Positions 1 through 8,405 of a stretch of 30,027 bases of DNA are shown piece by piece. The stretch is taken from IMG/VR virus record IMGVR_UViG_3300020044_005872, positions 1 to 30,027 of that record. One strand, 5' to 3'. The position numbers were made by a program, and so were the translations under genes. The notes under the pieces are model-generated. The model was not told the origin of the DNA, ran no database searches, and was given only the letters and a program-made list of their open reading frames with translations. Within the stretch, counting starts at the first letter, position 1. Each line of letters begins with the position of its first letter. The stretch comes from a virus. Lineage: Duplodnaviria; Caudoviricetes.

Positions 1-121
1 CCAACTAATACTCCTACGGAAAGTGTTAGTCCTACACCTACGCCTTCTATTACCCCAACAATTACATCAAGTCAAACTCCTACCACAACTCCTACGATTA
101 CACCTACTGAAAGTGTAAGTC
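1..121 (+). repeat. Terminal direct repeat, left copy (matches 29907-30027)
   Basis: 120/121 identical by eye; one synonymous difference, T108 vs G30014 (ACT vs ACG, Thr). Confidence 0.95.
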
Positions 122-1068
122 CAACTCCTACGATTACTCCAACCAACACTCAAACTCCTACGGAAACCCCAACCCAAACGCCGACTAATACTCCAACCGA
201 GAGTGTTAGTCCTACACCTACGCCTTCTATTACCCCAAGTGTTAGTCCAACCCAAACACCGACTAATACACCGAGTTCAACTCCTGTTTTAACACCGAGT
301 TCAACTCCTACTAATACACCAACACCATCAGCAACTCCATCAACTTTTGATTGTAGTTGGAGTGCGATTACTGAAGTATGGTCGTCAAATAGTAATACTT
401 GGAGTGATTGCCAACCAGTACCTCCATTTAGTCCAACTCCAACGCCTACACAAACCAAGACCCCTACACCTACGGCAACCCCAAGTTCTACACCTGGTTT
501 AAGTCCAAGTCCTACACCGACTAATACTCAAACTACAACTCCAACTAAAACACCAACTACAACTCCAACTACAACTCCAACTAATACCCCAAGTCAAAGT
601 GTTAGTGCTACTTCAACTCCAACACCTACGGCAACCCCAACTCCTACTTCATCACCATTACCACCTTTAACCTTCTTGGTTTCTTCAGCATCAACTCAAG
701 ATGACGCTTGTGAAATAGCACCATACTTTAATGTTTATGCTCAAGATTTGGGTAATTGTGCCCCTTGTGCTCCTCTTACTTGTTGGGCTTGTTTAACAAC
801 AGCACAACAGGTTTATTTAGACCCTGCTCTTACAATACCTGTTCCAACAGCATATTATTCAAATCAAATGTCTCCAGGTAATTACGCGACTTGGTATATT
901 GTTGGTGGTTTCCCACAACCAGCAGGATTTAATGGTTGTGGTTCAACACCTGATAGTGATGCGACAACTTACTTGAACGCAGTTGTTAGTGCGGGTGGAA
1001 CTTTAAGTCCAACAATATCAGCAGCAACTTATACATTATTTGCCGAGTTGAAGGATAATAGTTTGTAG
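1..1068 (+). CDS. Continuation of the Thr/Pro-rich virion protein that starts at 28971; interrupted by an in-frame TAG at 1066-1068
   Basis: Frame +1 is open from base 1 (PTNTPTESVSPTPTPS...) and in phase with ATG 28971 across the repeat. The TTG start at 676 in the ORF track is an artefact. Confidence 0.85.
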   Translation, partial: PTNTPTESVSPTPTPSITPTITSSQTPTTTPTITPTESVSPTPTITPTNTQTPTETPTQTPTNTPTESVSPTPTPSITPSVSPTQTPTNTPSSTPVLTPSSTPTNTPTPSATPSTFDCSWSAITEVWSSNSNTWSDCQPVPPFSPTPTPTQTKTPTPTATPSSTPGLSPSPTPTNTQTTTPTKTPTTTPTTTPTNTPSQSVSATSTPTPTATPTPTSSPLPPLTFLVSSASTQDDACEIAPYFNVYAQDLGNCAPCAPLTCWACLTTAQQVYLDPALTIPVPTAYYSNQMSPGNYATWYIVGGFPQPAGFNGCGSTPDSDATTYLNAVVSAGGTLSPTISAATYTLFAELKDNSL

Positions 1069-1695
1069 AGTAATTTACAAATCTTCTATCCAACCTTGGG
1101 TGGGACTTCAGCATCAACCGCAATTAACGCAAAGAACCCTGGCACATTTACGATGACTTGGAATGGTGGTATTACATTTACCCCTAATGGAGTTGTTGGT
1201 AATGGTGTGAATGGTTATGGTAATACAGGTTGGATTGAAAACACTAATGGAGTTGGTGAAACTGGTTTGGGTGTTTATTCATCAGGTTATACCAACGGAA
1301 CTCTAACCACTTACGATATGGGAGCTCAAACGGCTTCTCGTAGAACTTTTATGAATATCAAAACAAGTGGTAATCTATATGGAACTATAAGTGATGATTT
1401 AACAGGTATTCAATACGGATATGCGAACCCTAATAGTAGTGGTTTAGTAATCTTACAAAGAAAAGATGGCACTGATGTTGAGGGTTATTCTAACGGAACA
1501 AGTTTAGGAAATGAAGCAATCGTTAATGCTGGTAAAACAACTAACAATATGTGGGTGATGAAAGCTAATGGAGTTGGTGGATATAGTGCTAGACCTTATA
1601 ACTGGTTCCAAGTAAGTAGTGATTTAACAGATGCTAAAGTATCCACATTAAACACAATTATAACTAACTTTAATACAGCGTTAGGCAGATTATGA
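1069..1695 (+). CDS. C-terminal beta-rich (possibly lectin/LamG-like) domain of the same protein, after the amber codon
   Basis: Same frame as 1-1068: ...LKDNSL*SNLQIFYPTLGGTSAS...; paralogous to the uninterrupted C-terminal domain of 27530-28969. Confidence 0.75.
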   Translation, partial: SNLQIFYPTLGGTSASTAINAKNPGTFTMTWNGGITFTPNGVVGNGVNGYGNTGWIENTNGVGETGLGVYSSGYTNGTLTTYDMGAQTASRRTFMNIKTSGNLYGTISDDLTGIQYGYANPNSSGLVILQRKDGTDVEGYSNGTSLGNEAIVNAGKTTNNMWVMKANGVGGYSARPYNWFQVSSDLTDAKVSTLNTIITNFNTALGRL

Positions 1696-1907
1696 TATTA
1701 GTAGGAAAACTTACAGAACAACAGAAGACCGATTTGGAGGGACAATTAGTTCAACCCGATTGGTATTTCTATCCCGTTTTAGACGGAAACACACCTTCTA
1801 ATTGGATTATATCCCAAGAAGAAATAAATGGGTCAATATACCCCCAAAATGAATGGGTAAAAAACTTACCCCTAATTGAATGGGTTGAGCCGATAATTAT
1901 AGAATAA
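1692..1907 (+). CDS. Small hypothetical protein, possibly fibre-associated
   Basis: ATGA overlap with the upstream stop; 71 aa, Trp/Pro-containing. Confidence 0.8.
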   Translation: MILVGKLTEQQKTDLEGQLVQPDWYFYPVLDGNTPSNWIISQEEINGSIYPQNEWVKNLPLIEWVEPIIIE

Positions 1908-1918
1908 CAAATACACAG

Positions 1919-2731
1919 ATGGCAGATTTATCATCACAACAAATCAATCAATCATACCCTGGTCTTTTGACCTTGGCTAATTCCACAACGGGTATTACAA
2001 ATACAACACAATCAGTTCAAGATGGTCTTGGAAATGATACGGGATTACAAATATCGGAAAACTATTTGGGTGGTTCTTCTTTATTTCCTGCTTATAGAGA
2101 AACATTAGCAAAATATTATGGTTCATCACATAGTGGTAATTTTGGTAGTCCATTTGAAGCCACTTCAGTAGATTTACTAAACTCTGTAGCATTTTATGAT
2201 AAAGGTGATGTTGTTTATTCAGCAATTACGATAAATGTAATGACCGAGAGCACTACAGGTGATGAAATGACTTTTGGTATTTATGATTATCAACAATTAA
2301 ATCCATATGGTATTCAACCAAAAAATATTATTGTTTCGGGACTAACACTAACCGCAACAGATTTATCAACAACAGGCGCAAAAACAATTATCTTCCCAAC
2401 ACCAACTTCATTAGGAAAAGGTGGGGCAAAGTTTTTATGTTATGTAATTACAAATAGTGGTTCTACAAGTCCTTCTATGAATATTAGTGAACCATTTTAT
2501 ATTCAAGAACAAGTATCTTCTTTGGGAACTATGTATGGTTGGGCTGCTGACTATGGATTTGGTTTAACCTATCAAAACCCATTTGCGGGTCAATATTATA
2601 CTCCTACATTATGCCAAGTTTATACAGGACAAACAGGAAACCTTTTAGCGACCTATGGAACTGATATTGGTAGTAAAGGGTCTTCATTTACATCTACAAG
2701 TATTGGATTTCTATTACACACATCAATCTAA
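1919..2731 (+). CDS. Putative virion fibre/decoration protein
   Basis: S/T/G-rich; N-terminal QSYPGLL...GITNTTQSVQDGLGN motif resembles phage fibre attachment segments (recognition from memory); lies in a structural block. Confidence 0.6.
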   Translation: MADLSSQQINQSYPGLLTLANSTTGITNTTQSVQDGLGNDTGLQISENYLGGSSLFPAYRETLAKYYGSSHSGNFGSPFEATSVDLLNSVAFYDKGDVVYSAITINVMTESTTGDEMTFGIYDYQQLNPYGIQPKNIIVSGLTLTATDLSTTGAKTIIFPTPTSLGKGGAKFLCYVITNSGSTSPSMNISEPFYIQEQVSSLGTMYGWAADYGFGLTYQNPFAGQYYTPTLCQVYTGQTGNLLATYGTDIGSKGSSFTSTSIGFLLHTSI

Positions 2732-2735
2732 AAAG

Positions 2736-2742
2736 TATTTAT
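2736..2742 (+). promoter_or_regulatory. TATTTAT element, putative phage promoter (first of 8 intergenic copies)
   Basis: 5 nt before the portal ATG; recurs at 4861, 7133, 9575, 12620, 13409, 25006 and 25623. Confidence 0.55.
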
Positions 2743-2747
2743 AGAAT

Positions 2748-3866
2748 ATGAATAATGTAAATAAACAAATCTTCAACTCATACAATTTAGCACCTGGTGA
2801 TATGTATAGGCTTGATGTTCGTGAGAATGTTGAGCGTAGTATCAAAAAGGACGAATGGTTGTGGTGGGGTGATATGAACGACTACCCCCAATTCGTATTA
2901 GAGTTGATGGAAAAATCTGCTACATTAGCAGTATGCTTAAATAGTAAAATCACCATCAGTTTTGGTAAAGGTGTAGAGATTGAAGGTATGGGAAATACGA
3001 TGGTAAATCGTTATGAAAGTATTAGTGAATTATATTATAAATTACTTGCTGATGTATGGATTTTCGGTGGATTTGCTATTGAGGTAATATGGTCTAAAGA
3101 TGGTAATAATGTTGAAAGTATTTACCACTTACCATTCCAAAATATTAGGGTTAAAAAACCTTTGGAAGAGCAACACGAAAGAGATATTGAAAATTATTAC
3201 TATTGTGAAAATTGGAAGGCTCAAAGAAAAATTATTACTCGTTTTGACGGGTTAAATCCTGTAGATAGAAATGGAAGACAAATCTACTATTGGAAAAATT
3301 ATACACCAAGTAATAACAGGTTTTACCCATTATTACCTTGGCAGTCAGGGGTTAATTCTGCTGTATTGGAAAGTGAAATATGGGAGTTCCACAAGACCAA
3401 CCTTGCCACATCACTTTTACCGAACTTAAATGTGTCTTTGATAGGTTCTCCTACCCCACAGGAAAAAGAAGAAATCTACGAGGAATTGATTAGGTCTTAT
3501 AGTGGTAAATGGGGACAGAAGTTGATGTTGTCGTTTAGTGATAGTCCTGATACAAGACCTGTGATTGAAACGATTTCAAACAACGCAAACTCGTCGTTGT
3601 ATATTGATGTATTAACCTTGGCACAATCTGCGACGATTTCGGCTAATCAAATCTCCTCACCATTATTGATTGGGGCTCATATTGGGGTCGCAAATGGTTT
3701 TTCTTCCAACGCAGATGAAATCAAAACAGCAACACAACATTTGGTAGATTTCGTTATTAAACCACAGATTGAAAAAATGAATATGGGACTTGAAAATGTA
3801 TTAGCATTAAAATACAATAAACCAGTCCAAATTATTAACCATTTCCAGAATACAGAAAACTTATGA
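2748..3866 (+). CDS. Portal protein
   Basis: Motifs WGxxNDYP...S.T..CLNSK...G.G, DxxIFGGFAIEVIWSKDG, YHLPFQNIR and EIxEFHxxNL resemble portals of Bacteroidota phages; 372 aa. Confidence 0.85.
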   Translation: MNNVNKQIFNSYNLAPGDMYRLDVRENVERSIKKDEWLWWGDMNDYPQFVLELMEKSATLAVCLNSKITISFGKGVEIEGMGNTMVNRYESISELYYKLLADVWIFGGFAIEVIWSKDGNNVESIYHLPFQNIRVKKPLEEQHERDIENYYYCENWKAQRKIITRFDGLNPVDRNGRQIYYWKNYTPSNNRFYPLLPWQSGVNSAVLESEIWEFHKTNLATSLLPNLNVSLIGSPTPQEKEEIYEELIRSYSGKWGQKLMLSFSDSPDTRPVIETISNNANSSLYIDVLTLAQSATISANQISSPLLIGAHIGVANGFSSNADEIKTATQHLVDFVIKPQIEKMNMGLENVLALKYNKPVQIINHFQNTENL

Positions 3867-4447
3867 TTTATTATATCAGCACCGATTATGTCCGTAATAA
3901 TTTACCTGTAGATTATTCTTTATTGGAAGGTAATATTTTACCTGCTTTACAACAGGCTCACTTCATAGAAGCAAGAGATTTGTTGGGAGACCGCTTGTTT
4001 AATCAAATTAACGAAATGATTGAGACAGGAACTATTACAGACCCTGAAAATCATAATTACAAATATCTTTTGGATAATTACCTCCAAGATGTCGTATTGT
4101 ATGCGACACAGGTTTATTTAACAACAAACCTTTTGGCAAAGTATGCCAACAAGGGATTACAAAGTCCTTCAAGTGAGTTTTCAACATCTGCTGACCTTGG
4201 CGTTTATAGACAGATGAAACAAGAGTGTAGGGACTTATCTACATACTATAGTGAAAGATGTAAGAACTGGTTATTCTGGAACCAAAACTTCTTCCCTGAA
4301 TATACATTTATGATTATTTCGGGGCAACAACCCTCAAATCCTAGAGACAAATATGCTGCGGGTGGTATGGTATTGGGTCAAAGAGCTCGTTGGAGTAGAA
4401 ACAACCAAGCATTCAATTCTTGGTCTTCTTATGGTTGTTGTGGATAA
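3863..4447 (+). CDS. Putative head-tail adaptor/connector
   Basis: Coupled to the portal (ATGA overlap); helical; motif ILPALQQA...LLGxxLF...YKYLLDNYL. Confidence 0.65.
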   Translation: MIYYISTDYVRNNLPVDYSLLEGNILPALQQAHFIEARDLLGDRLFNQINEMIETGTITDPENHNYKYLLDNYLQDVVLYATQVYLTTNLLAKYANKGLQSPSSEFSTSADLGVYRQMKQECRDLSTYYSERCKNWLFWNQNFFPEYTFMIISGQQPSNPRDKYAAGGMVLGQRARWSRNNQAFNSWSSYGCCG

Positions 4448-4665
4448 TGGCAAATTACTTTCCAACATATCGTCGTGGTGAAAGCCTTACAGGGTATGCT
4501 CAACGATGCTCAAGTAGTCCTGATTTGGTAAAGGTTGTCCCATCACCAAGTGCTCGTATTGAAGTTTGTAGAGAACACGCACAGGAAGTGAGGGAGTTTT
4601 CCCCGAGCCAACCATTTTCACAAAATGGTAAAAGCGTTCCATCAGTCCGTGATGTGAATGGTTAA
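4447..4665 (+). CDS. Small two-Cys protein (72 aa, MANYFPTYRRGES...)
   Basis: TAATG overlap gives a start at 4447; the GES...RC...A..C motif also occurs as a module in 22633-24993. Confidence 0.7.
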   Translation: MANYFPTYRRGESLTGYAQRCSSSPDLVKVVPSPSARIEVCREHAQEVREFSPSQPFSQNGKSVPSVRDVNG

Positions 4666-4801
4666 ATTGGTGGTATTCCCTCCCATATTTTAGATAGAAA
4701 CATTCATAGGTAATCTTACCTGTGTGCGTGGATTGTAATACATTTACCTTGAAGTAATTATCCTTCAGGGTTATTGTCGTGCTCCTAACTATTTCTACCA
4801 T
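4487..4801 (-). CDS. Hypothetical protein; the only supported minus-strand gene, probably leaderless
   Basis: ATG lies 4 nt downstream of a minus-strand TATATTTG; fills the otherwise empty 4666-4801. Confidence 0.55.
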   Translation of the reverse strand: MVEIVRSTTITLKDNYFKVNVLQSTHTGKITYECFYLKYGREYHQFNHSHHGLMERFYHFVKMVGSGKTPSLPVRVLYKLQYEHLVMGQPLPNQDYLSIVEHTL

Positions 4802-4805
4802 ACCA

Positions 4806-4836
4806 CAAATATAGGTAAAATATTTTTATGCTCCAA
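4806..4836 (-). promoter_or_regulatory. Bacteroidota-type promoter TTG-N20-TATATTTG
   Basis: Plus strand shows CAAATATA at 4806-4813 and CAA at 4834-4836. Confidence 0.6.
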
Positions 4837-4837
4837 C

Positions 4838-4867
4838 TTGACTTTTGATACAAATGGAACTATTTAT
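4838..4867 (+). promoter_or_regulatory. Putative early promoter TTGACT-N17-TATTTAT, back-to-back with the minus-strand promoter
   Basis: AACTTGAC is shared with the promoter at 8453; TATTTAT at 4861-4867. Confidence 0.55.
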
Positions 4868-4879
4868 TGTTATACCGAA

Positions 4880-5059
4880 ATGATTATGAAAGACAAAGAA
4901 AACAAAACCCCACAAAATCTTCGTTCTAACGAAGTCAAAAAGACATTACACATAAGAGCATCAAAAGATGTCCGTGATGAGTTATACACACGGGAAAAGA
5001 ACTTGAAACGGGAGGATTACTTCCTCAACCTACAAGACCAATTAACCTATCTAAAATAA
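4880..5059 (+). CDS. Small hypothetical early protein (start 4880 or 4886)
   Basis: ATG downstream of the promoter; the TTG at 4838 is part of the promoter. Confidence 0.7.
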   Translation: MIMKDKENKTPQNLRSNEVKKTLHIRASKDVRDELYTREKNLKREDYFLNLQDQLTYLK

Positions 5060-5067
5060 ATTAAATT

Positions 5068-5301
5068 ATGGCACACCTTAAACTAACCGCACAGAAAGTA
5101 AGAAACATCAAGAAACACATTCTTACAGGAGAATTAACACACGAAGAAATCGCTAAAAAGTATGGAGTAAGTCGTCCGCTCATTACCAAGATACATTTGG
5201 GAATGATTGACCCTACTCACAAAAACGCTCGTTGGGGACATATTGTGGTTCAACCTGAAGAAAACCTTGAAGAGATTTTTAAGGTAAGTGATTTTAAGTA
5301 A
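5068..5301 (+). CDS. Helix-turn-helix DNA-binding protein
   Basis: LTHEEIAKKYGVSRPLITKI HTH pattern. Confidence 0.8.
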   Translation: MAHLKLTAQKVRNIKKHILTGELTHEEIAKKYGVSRPLITKIHLGMIDPTHKNARWGHIVVQPEENLEEIFKVSDFK

Positions 5302-5302
5302 T

Positions 5303-6034
5303 ATGTCTAAAACAGGATACATAATATTTAACAATTATTTTGATTTCAAGAACTATGAAAATATCCTAATGTCTTTGATTGTAGGATTACATCGTTCAGG
5401 AAAAAGTATTTGTTTCAGTAATGGATATGCCGCTGTAAAATGCGGTGTATCCACCCGAACAATTACTGATACTTTGAAACGATTTGTTGATGAGGGGTTT
5501 ATTTCCATTCACTTCTTGAAGGGGAATTACAGAATAATCAAATTGTTAAAGACCCCTCTAATCTATGAGGATACTGAAGAATGTGGTATAGAAAACAATT
5601 CTACACCTATAGAAGAGAGTTCTACACCTATAGAAGAGAGTTCTATACCTATTGAACTGGGTTCTACACCTATAGAACACACTTCTAACAATAATATAGA
5701 TAATAATAAAGATTATAATACGCAACATACGACGAATGAGATTTTGATTGAGTGGAAGGAAGACAAGAGGTTCTGTAAAGTCGCCAGTATGTTTCCTGAA
5801 AACAAATTGAAGGAAGTAAAACGAGCGTATGATTATTTCTGGTTATTCTTACCTGAAAACGATAAGTTGGAAATTGAGAGGACACTACCTACCTATATCC
5901 AACGAAACCAAAGTAATAAAAATTACATAAAACAAATTGATAAGTATTTTGAGAGTAGATTTTGGATTACTGACGAAACAACTTTATCTTTGTTAAAACC
6001 AAAACAAGTTCAACCGAAAAGATTTATATTTTAA
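5303..6034 (+). CDS. Replication initiator, lambda O-like architecture
   Basis: N-terminal winged HTH (FSNGYAAVKCGVSTRTITDTLKRFVDEGFI), internal iterons, and a C-terminal helical domain ending YIKQIDKYF. Confidence 0.8.
   Translation: MSKTGYIIFNNYFDFKNYENILMSLIVGLHRSGKSICFSNGYAAVKCGVSTRTITDTLKRFVDEGFISIHFLKGNYRIIKLLKTPLIYEDTEECGIENNSTPIEESSTPIEESSIPIELGSTPIEHTSNNNIDNNKDYNTQHTTNEILIEWKEDKRFCKVASMFPENKLKEVKRAYDYFWLFLPENDKLEIERTLPTYIQRNQSNKNYIKQIDKYFESRFWITDETTLSLLKPKQVQPKRFIF
5599..5687 (+). repeat. Four 21-bp iterons (TTCTACACCTATAGAAGAGAG consensus), probable replication origin
   Basis: Copies start at 5599, 5620, 5641 and 5662; TTCTA-N6-TAGAA dyad (imperfect in copy 3); followed by an AT-rich tract at about 5688-5720. 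Confidence 0.85.
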
Positions 6035-6036
6035 TT

Positions 6037-6732
6037 ATGAAAACAAAATACACAGAAGACGGAAGGAAATATCTTATTTCCCCTGATGAGTTCCTTGAAG
6101 GATTGAGTTTATCAATCATCTTCAACCTACACAAAGTAGAAAATCCTGAAGCAATTACACTCAAGGATAAACTATGGGAAGCTGCATACATTTACCTTGA
6201 TGACGCACCAACGAATAGTGCGATATTCACTCACACTATGATTGGTTTTGATAATAAAGACGAGATGGTTTATTTTTGGATTAAAGAAGCGATTACGGCG
6301 ATTTTAAGTCATATACCCTTCAAGGAAAAGAAAGTAAAACTGGCGTGGGGAAAACCATATAAAACGGATAAATCCCTATTGGTAAGAGAAACCACCGACG
6401 GAAAGTATATTGCGTTGAAGTTCTTTACCAACGGAATTGTAATGAATAAGAAGGACTATACTATCTTATTGGAAGATTTGGGTGTGGAACTCAACGACAT
6501 TACACCAGTTCAATTTAACCGATTAGAATACGCAATCAGGAGTAGTATTGGAGACCATAGTTATTTTACCCGATACAAGAGTTTAAGATGTTTCTACGAG
6601 AGTGTTTTGACCGAGAAGGGTATTACCACAACTCAAACGAAAAGAGAGGTCAAATACGATATAAACAGAGGATTAGTTCAAGAGAACTATTTTGATTTAG
6701 AACTTGATAAAAATATTTTTATAGATATTTAA
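6037..6732 (+). CDS. Hypothetical protein following the replication initiator
   Basis: 231-aa ORF, tightly packed; no motif recognised. Confidence 0.8.
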   Translation: MKTKYTEDGRKYLISPDEFLEGLSLSIIFNLHKVENPEAITLKDKLWEAAYIYLDDAPTNSAIFTHTMIGFDNKDEMVYFWIKEAITAILSHIPFKEKKVKLAWGKPYKTDKSLLVRETTDGKYIALKFFTNGIVMNKKDYTILLEDLGVELNDITPVQFNRLEYAIRSSIGDHSYFTRYKSLRCFYESVLTEKGITTTQTKREVKYDINRGLVQENYFDLELDKNIFIDI

Positions 6733-6736
6733 TATC

Positions 6737-6816
6737 AAGGGGGGGAGGTTTGTCTTATTTTATCTTTAATCTATGACTTTCGGTTCGGCATATATTTTTT
6801 TTACTCCCCCCCTTTT
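6737..6816 (+). ncRNA. Candidate hairpin small RNA A (11-bp stem, 56-nt U-rich loop)
   Basis: AAGGGGGGGAG 6737-6747 pairs with CTCCCCCCCTT 6804-6814; loop contains TTCGGCATATATTTTTTTT. Confidence 0.5.
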
Positions 6817-6824
6817 ATAAAGTT

Positions 6825-7130
6825 ATGGAAGAACAACCTGATTTAATTGTAAGAAGAAAACGAGTTAATGACTTCGGTGAGTGGGAACACGAGTGCGTGG
6901 ATTGTGATAAATGGCTTCCCAAGAGTAAGTTTTCGGGGTGTGTTGAAAAGATTGATGCGTATGGTAATTGTTTGGTATGTGCGTCGTGTCGTCAAAAGAA
7001 CTCCAACAGAAAACGAGCAAATACAATACAAAAACAAACAGAAGAGTTTTTACTATCTATTGGATACGATAGTAAATTAGAAAAACCCATCTGGCAACAA
7101 TTCAACGATAAACACGGATTTCCCTATTAA
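6825..7130 (+). CDS. Zinc-finger-like protein
   Basis: CVDC...F..C and CLVCASC motifs. Confidence 0.75.
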   Translation: MEEQPDLIVRRKRVNDFGEWEHECVDCDKWLPKSKFSGCVEKIDAYGNCLVCASCRQKNSNRKRANTIQKQTEEFLLSIGYDSKLEKPIWQQFNDKHGFPY

Positions 7131-7144
7131 AATATTTATAAACT

Positions 7145-7432
7145 ATGAATGAAGTTATTATAACGGCTGTTATTAGTTTTATATCAACGATTGTAGGATA
7201 CAAAGTTGGTTCAAAGAAAAACAAAGCCGAAGCAAACAAAATAGAAATTGAAAATGTAAAAGAGGTTATTAGTGTCTATGTGGATACAATAAATGACCTG
7301 AAAATTGAGGTAAGAGAATTGAAGGAAAGATTGGCGACTTACCAAAAACATATTGAAAAATTAGAAGGAGAATTATATTCTTTTAGACAACAGATGGCAC
7401 CGACCACATCAAGACGAAGAACCACCAAGTAA
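7145..7432 (+). CDS. Membrane-anchored coiled-coil protein, holin-like candidate
   Basis: N-terminal hydrophobic helix VIITAVISFISTIVGY, basic patch, then heptad coiled coil. Confidence 0.55.
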   Translation: MNEVIITAVISFISTIVGYKVGSKKNKAEANKIEIENVKEVISVYVDTINDLKIEVRELKERLATYQKHIEKLEGELYSFRQQMAPTTSRRRTTK

Positions 7433-7716
7433 TGAAACTCACAATCCAAGATGTAGATGTTAAGGACATATTCAATTTACCGATTGAAGACCGAAAAGAA
7501 TTGGTAAGACAGGGAGTAGATTTGTTCTTACAACAAAGTAAAATAGGGGCATTAGTCCTCAACACATCGTTAGATGCGTATATTGATAGACACCTTATGA
7601 TACTTGAGGCAGATATGGAAAGAGAACAAAAAAACGAAAACTATGAAATGGTATGGTATTATAACGAAATTATTTGGGCGATACACGAAAAAAGAGATGG
7701 AAACTGGAATATCTAA
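7432..7716 (+). CDS. Hypothetical protein
   Basis: TAATG overlap; 94 aa. Confidence 0.75.
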   Translation: MKLTIQDVDVKDIFNLPIEDRKELVRQGVDLFLQQSKIGALVLNTSLDAYIDRHLMILEADMEREQKNENYEMVWYYNEIIWAIHEKRDGNWNI

Positions 7717-8146
7717 TTTGGAAGTAAAAAGGGACGGGACGATTTACTATAATGGTAAATTAAAGAAACCATACAATCATTCAAAGGGATACGATGTTGT
7801 GTGGTTGGAAGGTAAGAACAAAAAGGTTCATCGTGTCGTGGCAGAAACTTACATACCAAACCCCTTAAGAAAATGTTGTATAAACCACATAAACGGGGAT
7901 AAGAAGGACAATCGTGTTGAAAACTTGGAATGGGTCAGTTCAAGACAAAACAACGAACACGCACGATTAAATGGACTTCAAGAATTAAAACAACAGGGAA
8001 TACCCGACCTTACCACAGATGAGGTAAAATACATTCGTAATGAGTGTGGTAAAACCAAGAGTTGTTATAGATTAGCCAAGGAGTTCAACAGGGACTATAA
8101 AACAATAGAAAGGGTGTGTAAGGGATTGTCTTACACAGATATTTAA
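7697..8146 (+). CDS. HNH endonuclease with C-terminal HTH
   Basis: VHRVVAETYIPNP...INHINGDKKDNRVENLEWV...N; start more likely at 7697 (METG). Confidence 0.9.
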   Translation: METGISNLEVKRDGTIYYNGKLKKPYNHSKGYDVVWLEGKNKKVHRVVAETYIPNPLRKCCINHINGDKKDNRVENLEWVSSRQNNEHARLNGLQELKQQGIPDLTTDEVKYIRNECGKTKSCYRLAKEFNRDYKTIERVCKGLSYTDI

Positions 8147-8161
8147 TTTATATTTTAACCT

Positions 8162-8347
8162 ATGTGTTCCTGTAAGCAAACACCTTTCCAACGATTAGAA
8201 CGACGACTGATTAGTAGTGGTTGGTCTTCTATGACGCAGAGTGATTATCAATTACTCGGTGAATATATTTTTGGTAGATTAGGGGTAAGACCCAAAGACA
8301 ACCAAGAAACACAAATACTATATCCTGAAGCAAAAAAGGTGAAGTAA
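8162..8347 (+). CDS. Small hypothetical protein (MCSCK...)
   Basis: 61-aa ORF fitting between the HNH gene and the hairpin/terminator. Confidence 0.7.
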   Translation: MCSCKQTPFQRLERRLISSGWSSMTQSDYQLLGEYIFGRLGVRPKDNQETQILYPEAKKVK

Positions 8348-8350
8348 TTA

Positions 8351-8403
8351 AAAATCCATCTTATCTTTCTGCTGTGCCATTTTGTATGTAGATGGTGGAT
8401 TTT
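8351..8403 (+). ncRNA. Candidate hairpin antisense RNA B
   Basis: AAAATCCATC 8351-8360 pairs with GGTGGATTTT 8394-8403 (one G-U); loop 8372-8383 is the exact reverse complement of 8701-8712. Confidence 0.55.
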
Positions 8404-8405
8404 AT

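Noticed and set aside
67-458. Minus-strand Val/Gly- or Arg-rich ORFs, likewise at 27578-27775 and 29430-29651
   Set aside because: They are antisense shadows of the Thr/Pro repeat codons.
1066-1068. Genome-wide TAG reassignment (genetic code 15)
   Set aside because: Only one internal TAG was found, all core genes are intact in code 11, the aligned residue is Trp rather than Gln, and no suppressor tRNA was seen.
1069-1695. Diversity-generating retroelement target
   Set aside because: No reverse transcriptase gene and no near-identical template/variable repeat pair seen.
5599-5687. CRISPR-like mini array
   Set aside because: The repeats are contiguous 21-mers without unique spacers and lie in frame within the initiator; iterons explain them.
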